This document shows positions 51,273 through 60,681 of a stretch of 64,000 bases of DNA, in pieces. Where the stretch lies: positions 124,001 to 188,000 of the IMG/VR virus record IMGVR_UViG_3300018962_000001; one strand, 5' to 3'. The position numbers were made by a program, and so were the translations under genes. Numbering within the stretch: the first letter of the stretch is position 1; each line of letters opens with the position of its first letter. Below the pieces are notes generated by a model. It saw only the letters and a list, made by a program, of their open reading frames with translations, had not been told where the DNA came from and made no database searches.

Positions 51273-51940
51273 GACCCGGACTCCTTCTGCTGTGTGGCGG
51301 TGGCATCGCTACTCAGATCCTCGCCTTGGCGGGACCGTTCGGCACGAGCGAGCGTTTCGGCGGCCTGGTCGGCTTGCTGCCGGAGCTGTTCCTCCGGCGG
51401 CGGCGCAGTCTGATTCGTCGGATTGAGATTCATCGCCCGAAACCCGTCCCCCTTCCGGTATAACCGCTCCTGGCTGGGATCAACGTCCCAGGATCGTCCA
51501 TGTGGATCAGTGACCGTGACCGGGGTGGACCGGGGACTCGTCTGGTACTGGCGGAGCGCACTATCCCGCAAGATCGTCCACTGGGCGACCAGGGTATTCA
51601 CCGCAACCTCCGCCGCCGCCAGTGCGCCTTCATCTGCCGCATCGACGACTCCGTCGTCTTCCACGCCTTTGAGAAAGGTGGTAATCGCGGTTCGTGCGCC
51701 ATCAAAAACCGGCTTTAAGTCACGGGCCAGGGTTTTGAGGTCAGCCCGATAGGGATTCCAGCCCTGCGCCTGGAGCGCGGCCACGGCTGTTTGGGGGGCT
51801 TTAATACAGATTTCGCCGCGCGCATCCCAGAGATCAACGAGCACATCACCATTGACCTCAACCGTGGTCGCTGCCTGAGAGGCAAGCTGAACAGCCCCGC
51901 CACTTTCGACGGTCGCGCCGATGGCTTGTGGATCAGCCAT
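51269..51940 (-). CDS. Hypothetical protein, first gene of structural operon
   Basis: AGGAGG RBS; ATGA overlap with next gene. Confidence 0.75.
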   Translation of the reverse strand: MADPQAIGATVESGGAVQLASQAATTVEVNGDVLVDLWDARGEICIKAPQTAVAALQAQGWNPYRADLKTLARDLKPVFDGARTAITTFLKGVEDDGVVDAADEGALAAAEVAVNTLVAQWTILRDSALRQYQTSPRSTPVTVTDPHGRSWDVDPSQERLYRKGDGFRAMNLNPTNQTAPPPEEQLRQQADQAAETLARAERSRQGEDLSSDATATQQKESGS

Positions 51941-51976
51941 ACGTATCCTCCTGGTGTCGGTGGGGGGCGTGCCTAC

Positions 51977-52004
51977 AGTATAGCATCTGCCACGCGGTTG
52001 TCAC
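51977..52004 (-). promoter_or_regulatory. Promoter of structural operon
   Basis: GTGACA-16-TATACT with extended -10 TG. Confidence 0.65.
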
Positions 52005-52034
52005 ATGGTCCGTGCAAACTCCGATCGATGCCCC

Positions 52035-52063
52035 TTGACATACGCTGATACATGCGCTAAGCT
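52035..52063 (+). promoter_or_regulatory. Phage-motif sigma70 promoter
   Basis: TTGACA-17-TAAGCT with shared spacer motif. Confidence 0.75.
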
Positions 52064-52090
52064 GGGAGCAAGCAAGGGAGGTACCGGACA

Positions 52091-52486
52091 ATGAGGGATC
52101 GTGAACTGCTGAACCGGGTCCGCGAAATATTAGCCCGCATCGGATTGAAGCCGACGCACCAGCAAAGCGGCCTGGATACGCGACGGATCGATCCGACCAT
52201 GCTTGCCAGGAGCGGCGGGCGCATGCCGTATCGGATGAAACCACAGCACCGCGCCGGGTATCGACTCGCCAACCATGTCCTCCGAGTTGCGGATCAGCAC
52301 CAGCACACGATGCGGATCGTGTGGCAACCGGAGTCGGACAACTACGCAGCGACCACCATGCCCCAATACCAGTATGTGTTGGAGCGTGCCCGTGCCGCCT
52401 GCGAATCCGCAGGCGTTCGGGTCATCACCGATACGCAGTATCCATATGATCTCATTCTTTTGCCCACTGAGGAGGATCGCCCATGA
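52091..52486 (+). CDS. Hypothetical protein
   Basis: GGGAGG RBS; first gene after promoter. Confidence 0.75.
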   Translation: MRDRELLNRVREILARIGLKPTHQQSGLDTRRIDPTMLARSGGRMPYRMKPQHRAGYRLANHVLRVADQHQHTMRIVWQPESDNYAATTMPQYQYVLERARAACESAGVRVITDTQYPYDLILLPTEEDRP

Positions 52487-53205
52487 CTCGATCGATTGGC
52501 CCTGGATGGAATGGCTACGCCACCATCGATAACCTGGAGGCCATTGCCACGGCCATCAGGACGCTTCTCGCCGGACGCCGCTATGTATTTATCGCGGTTA
52601 ACGAATCGTATCCCTACCGAGTCGACGCCCGCACCGGCCAGCGACTTAGCCCGGAAAAAGCCACCTCGCGCCAGTCCCTGCGAGTCTGGTATAACGATGA
52701 CGTGAAGCACCCGGCGACCGCGCGCTTTGGCGGCCTCACCGCGATCGATACCTATGGAACCTGGGGAATTACGACCAGCGCGCGGGACACCATGAAAGTT
52801 AATGAGCTGGACACGTTGCAAACCCCTTACATCAGCTTCGATGGGCGCGGGGAGCACGCGAAAATCCAGATCCGGCACTACAATGGCATGAGCGAGGTGT
52901 TAAACTGGACCATCGCCGTTGAAGCCGAGCCGGATGCCGATGCGACTTGGTGGCCGCGCCTGTCGCCGGAGCGGGTCATGGAGCGGCTTACGCAGCAGCG
53001 AGTCAACGTCACCGCCTGCTATATGGACGGGGGAACGCATCATCCCTATTGGGTGATCGCAGGCTATACCAGCGGCGGCGAATTTGCGGTGCTATACGAC
53101 GATACCACCTGGAGCGTTCGGGGTGATCGATCGATGCAGCCGGTGGTTGAGGAGTGGCTCGCGCCGATCCTGGGTGGGCGAGTCTATCGGGAACGCCCGG
53201 TATGA
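52483..53205 (+). CDS. Hypothetical protein
   Basis: GAGGAGG RBS; ATGA overlaps. Confidence 0.75.
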   Translation: MTRSIGPGWNGYATIDNLEAIATAIRTLLAGRRYVFIAVNESYPYRVDARTGQRLSPEKATSRQSLRVWYNDDVKHPATARFGGLTAIDTYGTWGITTSARDTMKVNELDTLQTPYISFDGRGEHAKIQIRHYNGMSEVLNWTIAVEAEPDADATWWPRLSPERVMERLTQQRVNVTACYMDGGTHHPYWVIAGYTSGGEFAVLYDDTTWSVRGDRSMQPVVEEWLAPILGGRVYRERPV

Positions 53206-53513
53206 GCCCTCATACCCCTGGCTACTTTTACGCGATCCGGTGTGTCTGTGGGTGTATTCACGGCTGGATCACCCACCCTGCCGTTCGCAAAGTGACCCGC
53301 GAATCGCGAACGGCGATGGAAACTGTCTGGTACTGCCCGGCATGCGGTCGCCAACATCGCACCACCGATGGTACCTGGCTAGGCCAACCTCGCAAAGCCT
53401 ATGAGGAAATCACGGACGAATCGCAGCTGCCCACACAAGGCAGTCGTGGTCATGGGCCAAGGCGGATACGGAACGGGCAGATCTTCGAGGTTCCTGAGGA
53501 GGATAGCTGGTGA
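53202..53513 (+). CDS. Zn-finger hypothetical protein
   Basis: CVCGC and CPACG; ATGA overlap. Confidence 0.7.
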   Translation: MSPHTPGYFYAIRCVCGCIHGWITHPAVRKVTRESRTAMETVWYCPACGRQHRTTDGTWLGQPRKAYEEITDESQLPTQGSRGHGPRRIRNGQIFEVPEEDSW

Positions 53514-53950
53514 GTGATTCATTGGTGTCGGAGGGAGCGTATCGGCATCCGCGTGGCGTCTATTTTGCGCACGAGTGGGATGCGTGGCGCAAGCGCGTTG
53601 TCGCCGCCCAGGAGGCCGTGAGTGCCGCCAATCGGGCAGCAGAGCGTGCTACGGAGGAGTATGATGCCGCGATGGCCGAGTATGCCGAACGGCTGGTGAC
53701 GCGCTGGGCCACATATAGCGCGGGTGGGGTGCTGCCAGATGTCATCTATGCCCGGCTGCGGCAGGAGGGACATCCCGGCCAGCTCATTGCCGATAGCATC
53801 TGGTGGGTCTGGCGGCGACTCGATCGCGAGTTTTATGCCATCGAGCATATTACGGACGATCAGGCGCGGACAGGGTATGAACAGCTCGATCAGTTTCGCA
53901 CGTGGTGGTCGATCGCCAATCGCTGTGCCGAACAGGAAGGCACCGCATGA
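53510..53950 (+). CDS. Hypothetical protein
   Basis: GAGGAGG RBS; GTGA overlap. Confidence 0.7.
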   Translation: MSDSLVSEGAYRHPRGVYFAHEWDAWRKRVVAAQEAVSAANRAAERATEEYDAAMAEYAERLVTRWATYSAGGVLPDVIYARLRQEGHPGQLIADSIWWVWRRLDREFYAIEHITDDQARTGYEQLDQFRTWWSIANRCAEQEGTA

Positions 53951-54426
53951 TTCTGCAAGTTGGGAATATGTGGGATATGTGGGATACTGCCGACCTGTTT
54001 CTCATTACGACCAACAGCACGATCAAAAAGAACGGCGCGCTCGTGATGGGTCGCGGGATTGCGCACCAGGCACGCGACCGTTTTTCAGGGATCGATCATA
54101 CGTGGGGCCAGCACATTGAGCAGCTGTGTGGACATCTCGGAGTCTATGGCCTGCTCATCAGCGCCGCGTGGCCCGACAAGAAGATTGGGGCGTTCCAGGT
54201 CAAACAACATTTCCGCGATCGGGCAGATCCGGCGCTGATTGCCGCCAGTGCTGCTCGCCTGCGGGCGTGGTGTACGACTCATCCCCAGGCCACCGTGCAT
54301 CTCAACTTTCCCGGCATTGGGAATGGTCGTTTAGATCGATCGGTCGTCCTGCCCCTGCTTCATCGCTTACCGGATTCGGTAACGGTCTGGGAATTGCCCA
54401 AGGAGACTCACGATGACCCGGCCTGA
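53947..54426 (+). CDS. Macrodomain (ADP-ribose binding/hydrolase) protein
   Basis: GNMW...LITTN...GALVMGRGIA...F.VK.HF...FPGIGNGRL; TARG1/DarG-like macro pattern. Confidence 0.85.
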   Translation: MILQVGNMWDMWDTADLFLITTNSTIKKNGALVMGRGIAHQARDRFSGIDHTWGQHIEQLCGHLGVYGLLISAAWPDKKIGAFQVKQHFRDRADPALIAASAARLRAWCTTHPQATVHLNFPGIGNGRLDRSVVLPLLHRLPDSVTVWELPKETHDDPA

Positions 54427-54754
54427 TTCCCCCATTGTCACCATTTCCGGCGATGTCAGCAGCCCGACAGAGGGGTCGGCTACCTATGCCATCGGAGCAC
54501 TGCGCGGTGGGCCGGTTCGCCGGGTCTTTGTGTATGGTCCCGGCGAAGGGATGCCGCCCATGTTTGAAATGATCGGTGTCGTCCGTGGGCGCACCCCTGG
54601 GGACGCAATCGCGACGTGGCTCCAAGATCGCTTTCGCGAGGCCAGGGAAATTCACGCCAGCATCTTCTGGCATCCGAAAAATGTCCAGCTGCGCCGATTT
54701 GTGTACGATGTTCATATCCAGATTGCGGGAGAAGAACGCGATGCCACGATTTAA
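54413..54754 (+). CDS. Hypothetical protein
   Basis: AAGGAG RBS. Confidence 0.7.
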   Translation: MTRPDSPIVTISGDVSSPTEGSATYAIGALRGGPVRRVFVYGPGEGMPPMFEMIGVVRGRTPGDAIATWLQDRFREAREIHASIFWHPKNVQLRRFVYDVHIQIAGEERDATI

Positions 54755-55049
54755 CCGCTCCAAGACCTTATTCCGGGTGTATCGATTGCTGTGCATTCCC
54801 TTGCCCCAAGGCGGCGGCGGCACGAAGTCTGCCGCAACGACCGGCTATGTATCCTTTAGCGAAGATATGCGCCATGCCTTGCCGCTGATTCAGGACGTGA
54901 TCCGCCAGTGTTATCAAGGCGAGGATTACCAGGGATCGGTAGAGGAAACGTTAACCAAACTGGAAGCCTGGCATGCCGCGCGTACCCGTGCGAATTGGGA
55001 TTTTGCCGGGTCTGGGTGGAAACAACGGGTGTCGGAGGACGGCCAATGA
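54741..55049 (+). CDS. Hypothetical protein (paralogue of next gene)
   Basis: GGAG RBS; similarity to 55046..55309. Confidence 0.7.
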   Translation: MPRFNRSKTLFRVYRLLCIPLPQGGGGTKSAATTGYVSFSEDMRHALPLIQDVIRQCYQGEDYQGSVEETLTKLEAWHAARTRANWDFAGSGWKQRVSEDGQ

Positions 55050-55309
55050 CGATTCAAGAAGCACTCCAACGACTCGGACGGGTGATCCGCATCCCGATTC
55101 ACAATGGCAGTAATCAGTATGCTGCCGACCTGATGTATGCCCTGCCAAAGATCGAAGCGGTTATTGATGAATGCTCTCGCAACACCCCCGATATGGAGAT
55201 CATCGAGCAAACACTCCAGCTCATGGAACGCTGGCACGCCATCCGCGTCGAGGAGGGGTGGAGCTACCTGGGCGCGGGCATTGTGGGCGTGATCCGGCGC
55301 GCTCCCTGA
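55046..55309 (+). CDS. Hypothetical protein (paralogue of previous gene)
   Basis: GGAGG RBS; ATGA overlap. Confidence 0.7.
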   Translation: MTIQEALQRLGRVIRIPIHNGSNQYAADLMYALPKIEAVIDECSRNTPDMEIIEQTLQLMERWHAIRVEEGWSYLGAGIVGVIRRAP

Positions 55310-55383
55310 TATTATTTCCGGTTGTGGCCCTCCGAGACGATTAACAGAGTGGGAGCCTTTTCCCGTCGTAGGAGTGTCACGAT

Positions 55384-55692
55384 ATGCCACGGAAACCAAT
55401 CACGGAAATCCTGCGCGAAGTAACGGAGCAACTGGAGCGCGAAACCCCGGAAGAACGCGAGGCGCGGCATCGCGCGCAAATCCCTGGCGATCTGGTGTGT
55501 GAGTGGTTGATCCAGAAAGAGGACGAGCGGCAGGCACGCGAGTCAGGGACTCCCATCCCGACCCTGCGCCTGCACACCTTTGTCACCCGGTTATACCACC
55601 ACTACGGCCAGGAGGTGGCCCATGAGGTCGTCGAGTTGATCCTGCTCCATCACCAGATGACCGACTATGAAAGCCTCGAACCCGAAGTCTAG
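55384..55692 (+). CDS. Hypothetical protein
   Basis: AGGAG RBS. Confidence 0.7.
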   Translation: MPRKPITEILREVTEQLERETPEEREARHRAQIPGDLVCEWLIQKEDERQARESGTPIPTLRLHTFVTRLYHHYGQEVAHEVVELILLHHQMTDYESLEPEV

Positions 55693-56057
55693 GTTTCGTC
55701 GCGGGGGCGCGTCTCGCCCGCCCGCTTACATGCCAGGAGCTGGCGCGCGGTATCAGTTGGCATCGATTCGATATGGAGATCATCGCCCACGACAACCGTG
55801 GGCGATCGTTTCGTCCATCCCGCCACCAATGCTTCACCGAACGACTGCGCAAACGCCGCCGCCGCCGGATCATCGGCATCGAACCCGATCAGGACAATGG
55901 CGCGTGCCGACGAGACCACCTCGCGAATAGTTGTCCGCAGCCCCAACTGTTCTTCAAGCCACTGAATGCGCGCGTAGCAGCGCTCCAGATGGTCGTGTGC
56001 AGCCCGTTCTCCATCGGTTAAGGGACGGGCATCGGGCGGCCAGGTTGCTTCACTCAT
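55689..56057 (-). CDS. Hypothetical protein (lone - strand gene with own promoter)
   Basis: GGGAGG RBS; TTGCAC-16-TATACT upstream at about 56092-56119. Confidence 0.65.
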   Translation of the reverse strand: MSEATWPPDARPLTDGERAAHDHLERCYARIQWLEEQLGLRTTIREVVSSARAIVLIGFDADDPAAAAFAQSFGEALVAGWTKRSPTVVVGDDLHIESMPTDTARQLLACKRAGETRPRDET

Positions 56058-56136
56058 CGAATTAATCCTCCCTGATAGGCATACCAGGAGCAGTATAGCG
56101 ACCTTTGGAATCTGTGCAATCTGCGCGATGTGCCTC

Positions 56137-56165
56137 TTGACATTCGCGTGTATATGCGCTATTCT
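56137..56165 (+). promoter_or_regulatory. Phage-motif sigma70 promoter
   Basis: TTGACA-17-TATTCT with shared spacer motif. Confidence 0.75.
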
Positions 56166-56224
56166 ACCCTCATCGGAACCGCGTGACGAAGAAACGGGCC
56201 ATATACGAAAGGACAGGAAGCCAC

Positions 56225-57304
56225 ATGGACAACATTCTCGGCGATCGCTTCATTATGCACGGGACGGATGAACGGGACAAAGCCTGGCACCGCAAGGGAA
56301 ACACCTTCACAAAGGATGTCATGTCAGCAATGGAAGCCTACGAGCGCCTGGGGCGCATGCCGGTTCGCCTGGTCCCACTGCAAACCGCGCCGGAGATCGC
56401 GCCTGATGGCAGCACCATCCCTGGGATCACGATCCCGAATCGGGCGATCATGCGCGGCCCGATCCCGGAGGACCAAACGGATGTGTGCTTCGGAGTCGTC
56501 GGGCCGGAGTATGTCCTCATCACCCCGGAGCAAGTCGCCCGTATCTGGGACGAGGTTTCAGGGCAGGGTCGAATCGAAACGATGGGCTTTCTGGGCCAGG
56601 GCGAGCGTCTGTTCGTCACGCGCAAGGAACGCCCGCTGGAAATCGACGGCGACGAGGTGGAGATGTACACGGTCCTCGACTCGCCGATGCAGCAGGGCTA
56701 TAGCGCCCAGATCTTGATCACGCCCTGGCGAGTTGTCTGCCAAAATACGCTGATTGCAGCGATCGAAGGGGCACGCGAACGCTGGCAAATTGCCCACAGC
56801 GAGGGGGCACATATCAAGCTGATGGAATGGCTCTCGCTCGCCTTCGCGCGCACCGACGAGAAGGTTAACAACATCAAGACCGCCTTTGAAGCCCTGGCTG
56901 CCGGAGGCTCCTGCACGATCGAGGAGATCGAATACGTCGCGATCCAGACCTATCCCGATCCGAAAAAGCCCCGCCGCAACTGCCCGCCCGCGCAGTACAC
57001 GCAGCGCATGGAAATCTTCGAGGACGTGCTGACTCGGCAGCGCAACCGGCGCGCGGCGGCGATCGAGTTTGCGCAGGGGAAGGGTGCAGGGCTGGCGGAT
57101 CGCGCGATCACCCCCTGGGTCATCTATAATGCAATGGCCGAGCACGCCCAATACTGCTCATCCACACGGGGCAAGATCGGTGCGGACACGTTGTTCGGAG
57201 AGCGGGCAAAGTGGATCGCGAATGCCTTTAACGCATCGATGGATCTGGTGACGGGCAAGCGGCACGCGACTCCCGAAGTCGAAATGGCCGCGCTCGCCAA
57301 CTAG
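56225..57304 (+). CDS. DUF932 (TIGR03299-like phage/plasmid) protein
   Basis: AWHRKG, GVVGPEY, IETMGFL..G.RLFV, TPWRVVCQNTL, TPW..YNA..E. Confidence 0.88.
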   Translation: MDNILGDRFIMHGTDERDKAWHRKGNTFTKDVMSAMEAYERLGRMPVRLVPLQTAPEIAPDGSTIPGITIPNRAIMRGPIPEDQTDVCFGVVGPEYVLITPEQVARIWDEVSGQGRIETMGFLGQGERLFVTRKERPLEIDGDEVEMYTVLDSPMQQGYSAQILITPWRVVCQNTLIAAIEGARERWQIAHSEGAHIKLMEWLSLAFARTDEKVNNIKTAFEALAAGGSCTIEEIEYVAIQTYPDPKKPRRNCPPAQYTQRMEIFEDVLTRQRNRRAAAIEFAQGKGAGLADRAITPWVIYNAMAEHAQYCSSTRGKIGADTLFGERAKWIANAFNASMDLVTGKRHATPEVEMAALAN

Positions 57305-57372
57305 AATCGCTCTGGGGGGAAGCAACCTCTCGCTTCCCCCACCGTATCTCTCCTTAAGAGAAAGGAATCGCT

Positions 57373-57954
57373 ATGTTAAGCTTCATGCACCGCTGGATTG
57401 GCCTGCTGCTCGTACTCCTGATGCTGGCCGCTTGCGGCACGAACAACGCCCCGCCACCACAAAGTGATGCGCGCGGGACGAGCTGGAATGTCTCAACCTT
57501 CGGCGGTGATCTCGCCGTCGATGTCGATCGCGCCTACTACCGGATTGAAGGCGAGGTGATTGGGGAGCTGCGCGATCTGGAGCGCTATCGCAGCAGCAGT
57601 TCCTTTACTGCCGTGAATGGGGTTGCGTCCGGCTCCAGTTGGAGTGAAACAGACGGAAAAGGGTTTGTCCGGGTGCGTGTCTCTCGGATCGAACCCGCAG
57701 CGCCCCATATCGGCACGGTCGAGCAAGTGCTCCTGCTCAAATCCACGGATAGCAAGATTAAGGCGGTCTTGCCCGGCGATCGGGTGACCTTTATCTGCCG
57801 GGCGAATTTTGAAGCGGTTGCCCCCGTCCTCGTCGATCAGGTGTACACCGCCGAGGATAAAGAGCAAGGCGGCGTATGGGAATTCGATTACTGCCGTATG
57901 GACACGCCGCAGCTGGGCGTTCCCGACCCCACCCCCACCATCCCCAAGGAGTAA
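57373..57954 (+). CDS. Lipoprotein
   Basis: Signal peptide with lipobox LAAC; AAGGA RBS. Confidence 0.8.
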   Translation: MLSFMHRWIGLLLVLLMLAACGTNNAPPPQSDARGTSWNVSTFGGDLAVDVDRAYYRIEGEVIGELRDLERYRSSSSFTAVNGVASGSSWSETDGKGFVRVRVSRIEPAAPHIGTVEQVLLLKSTDSKIKAVLPGDRVTFICRANFEAVAPVLVDQVYTAEDKEQGGVWEFDYCRMDTPQLGVPDPTPTIPKE

Positions 57955-58023
57955 CGACTCAATCCACACACGGAAGGGGGGATCATCACGATCCCCCCTC
58001 GGCTTGCTGAAAGGAAGAACGCG

Positions 58024-58761
58024 ATGCCTAAATATCACACGGCACACGATACGCTGCGCACCAAGAACCAGCTTCACGTGGTAGGGCACTGTCCAATCTC
58101 GCACAAGCGCCAGTTTGCTGCCTTGGAACCGGCGACCAGCGAGGCCAAGCGACTCAGCGACGAGTCCGGGTATGTCATCCTTCCCTACCAAGCAGTGTGT
58201 TGCCCGTATTACCACGTCGGCAAGCAGCGGTGTCCCCGTTGTTCGGGGTATCTGAAGCTGGCAGGCCATGTGTGCCCCAATCCTGATATGACCGTGCCAC
58301 CACGCGGCTTCGATCTAGCCGATCTTCCCGCGATTGACTCCGAGTATGCTGCGCTGGGCGCGCAGCTCACGGCCCTTTCACGCGATCTCGCGCAGATTCG
58401 CCAGGGCATTCTCGATCCGGCGCTCCGGGCGGGCCAGCCCGTGGCGGTGTATCGGGCAATGGCAATCGCTGAATGTGAGCGAATCAAAGATCGCCGCCGG
58501 GAGCTTCAGCCGATTCGCCATCGCCTCCATCAGTTTCGCGACTATCAGGCAAAAGTCGCGCGGATCAGCACGTGGAGCGCCGATCCCCCGGATCTCGCCG
58601 ACACCCGTGATCTCCTCATGCAGATTCGGACCTATTTTGCCATCCGTGAGATCGAGGGCGATCTCACGCCTGTGGAACAGGCACTCCGAACGGCAATCTC
58701 ACGCTGGCTTGTGGCAAATCAGCCCCCCGACCCACTGGAAGCTGCCGATGAAGCCCCTTGA
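58024..58761 (+). CDS. Hypothetical protein with Zn-binding motifs and coiled coil
   Basis: CP..HKRQF, CCPYYHVG, CPRC...HVC. Confidence 0.7.
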   Translation: MPKYHTAHDTLRTKNQLHVVGHCPISHKRQFAALEPATSEAKRLSDESGYVILPYQAVCCPYYHVGKQRCPRCSGYLKLAGHVCPNPDMTVPPRGFDLADLPAIDSEYAALGAQLTALSRDLAQIRQGILDPALRAGQPVAVYRAMAIAECERIKDRRRELQPIRHRLHQFRDYQAKVARISTWSADPPDLADTRDLLMQIRTYFAIREIEGDLTPVEQALRTAISRWLVANQPPDPLEAADEAP

Positions 58762-58786
58762 CTTGCGCGCCGGAATACGCTAAGAT
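58758..58786 (+). promoter_or_regulatory. Phage-motif sigma70 promoter
   Basis: TTGACT-17-TAAGAT with shared spacer motif. Confidence 0.7.
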
Positions 58787-58814
58787 GAGTGAGTAGCAAG
58801 ACAGGAGCGCACGT

Positions 58815-59468
58815 ATGACATATCCACTCACGCAGGAGGGACCGGCGGCGGCGGGCCGGTATCTGACACGCGAGGAAGCCCGGCAGATCTACCACCAGTA
58901 CGACTCGGAGCATACCGCCCTGAAGGGTCAGATCGATCGTCTCAGCGAGTGTGTGCTGGCACGCGAGATCGCTGAAGGGGCAGCGGCGGCGGTTCGCTTT
59001 GCCGATGATCTGACCTCTGACCCGTGGACCGGATTCTTTCTGTCGGTTGCGGAGCAACCGACGCGGTTTCCCGGCGTCTTTTGCAATGCCCGCTGCGAGG
59101 CAGAGGGACGAATCGCGTATCCCGACAAGTCCGATGCCGCGTGGCATGGCGCGCAAACGGGACATTGCCATGCCCCGACCTGCGGCCAATGGGATGTACG
59201 GCACGAGGCTCCGTTATGGAGTCCCCAGAACCCCATCTATCTGATCGTGCGGCACCGCAGCGCGGCGCTGGACTATCTGGATGGCTATGCCGTGATCGCC
59301 GCGCGCGTGGGAGCCTTCCTGATCGCCGCTGTGCGGCCCCAGGATGCCGTCTATTGCCGCGACCGCATGATCAGCGGTATCCGGGTGCTGGGCGCGCGCG
59401 AGTTCTTTCCCACGCTCGCCACGGCGGTCACGGTGGCGGCGGGGCTGGATCGGTTTGAAAGAGTCTAA
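58815..59468 (+). CDS. Hypothetical protein
   Basis: AGGAG RBS. Confidence 0.7.
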   Translation: MTYPLTQEGPAAAGRYLTREEARQIYHQYDSEHTALKGQIDRLSECVLAREIAEGAAAAVRFADDLTSDPWTGFFLSVAEQPTRFPGVFCNARCEAEGRIAYPDKSDAAWHGAQTGHCHAPTCGQWDVRHEAPLWSPQNPIYLIVRHRSAALDYLDGYAVIAARVGAFLIAAVRPQDAVYCRDRMISGIRVLGAREFFPTLATAVTVAAGLDRFERV

Positions 59469-59469
59469 C

Positions 59470-59787
59470 ATGGTACAGCCATTTACCGAGAAAACTCCTG
59501 CCCACACGATTGCGCAGGAACCATTGTCGGAGCAGCGCCAGAGTGATCAAAGCATTGTGATTGTTGCCGCGCGCCGCCTCCTGCGAATCTCGCCCTATCC
59601 GTGGACCTTTCGCCGATGTACACCGGGAAGTCAAGTCGTCGAGTTTCAAGCCCTGATCCCAGGGGACGGCGTGATTGCGACCTATTACCCGTTTACACGG
59701 CTCATCACCTTCGCGTTCATGTCCGGGTTACAGGCGCGGATTGAGTTTACCGCGCCGCTGGAGCCGGACTCAACCGGCACTAGCTAA
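59470..59787 (+). CDS. Hypothetical protein
   Basis: AAGGAG RBS before ATG 59470. Confidence 0.7.
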   Translation: MVQPFTEKTPAHTIAQEPLSEQRQSDQSIVIVAARRLLRISPYPWTFRRCTPGSQVVEFQALIPGDGVIATYYPFTRLITFAFMSGLQARIEFTAPLEPDSTGTS

Positions 59788-59800
59788 AAGGAGCGTGTGC

Positions 59801-60211
59801 ATGTCGACTCAGGATGATCTGATCCCACCACGATCCAAGGAGCGATTCCTGGTTCAGTTTGAATCTACCCGTGAGGAAGTGGACGCCCTGCTGCGGTTGC
59901 TCGCTTGCGCGCCATCGATTGTGTCGATCGTCGATCCCGACAGCTTCCATCTTCTGCGCATCGAACCAGCCGTGCATAGCGCGCTCCTCCTCCCTCTGCC
60001 GCTGGATGGGCCGACCGTGCCATCCTTGGAGCTGTATCAGCTTGAAATGCAGCTCGCGCAGGCGCGGCAGAACGCCTGGGAGTCGCTGACGCGCTCGGTA
60101 GCGGAGGCGGATCGCAACGCCGCCTTCGAGGCGCTGGAACGGGCGCGAGTCGCCTACGATCAAGCACTGGGGCGACTTCCAGGCCGCGAAGCACCTGAGG
60201 AGTCCCGATGA
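59801..60211 (+). CDS. Hypothetical protein
   Basis: AAGGAG RBS before ATG 59801. Confidence 0.7.
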   Translation: MSTQDDLIPPRSKERFLVQFESTREEVDALLRLLACAPSIVSIVDPDSFHLLRIEPAVHSALLLPLPLDGPTVPSLELYQLEMQLAQARQNAWESLTRSVAEADRNAAFEALERARVAYDQALGRLPGREAPEESR

Positions 60212-60681
60212 AACCACCCCTGTTTGACGAGCCGCCCCCAGTTGACGAGCCGCCGCCGGATCTCAGCCTTGCACTCCGGCAGGTGGCGGCCTGGGAGCAG
60301 ATCGCCGCCGCCGCCGCCGGGAGGGTTGCCATTCTCCGGGCAATCTTCGTTCTTCTCATCCTGTATATCTTGATGTACGGGTACTTCCTCTCTCCAAGCG
60401 CCGACGATCTGCGCATTCAAACCCTGCCCGGCGCAACCTGCGTCTGGATTGAAGGCCAAATGCGACTTACGATGCAGTGCGTCCCGAATGGTCGGGCCAC
60501 GATTCCATCACAGGAGGAGACCCCCGATGACTCTGTCCCGATGGGGCGAACTAACCACCGTTCAGGTAGCCTACTTTCGCACGGGCGATCACCCCTGGAC
60601 GGCGCTGGACGGACCGATTGCCACGAGCGCAGAGTCGGACTCTGCGCTCGTGGGGACCGTCATTGCCGGGTTGTCGATTGA
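60208..60681 (+). CDS. Single-pass membrane protein (3' end overlaps next gene by 155 nt)
   Basis: GAGGAG RBS; TM helix AIFVLLILYILMYGYFL. Confidence 0.55.
   Translation: MKPPLFDEPPPVDEPPPDLSLALRQVAAWEQIAAAAAGRVAILRAIFVLLILYILMYGYFLSPSADDLRIQTLPGATCVWIEGQMRLTMQCVPNGRATIPSQEETPDDSVPMGRTNHRSGSLLSHGRSPLDGAGRTDCHERRVGLCARGDRHCRVVD

Noticed and set aside
57315-57998. Intergenic GC hairpins at 57315-57340 and about 57976-57997 as terminators
   Set aside because: The stems are real but lack U tracts. They may be processing or stability elements, so they were not called.
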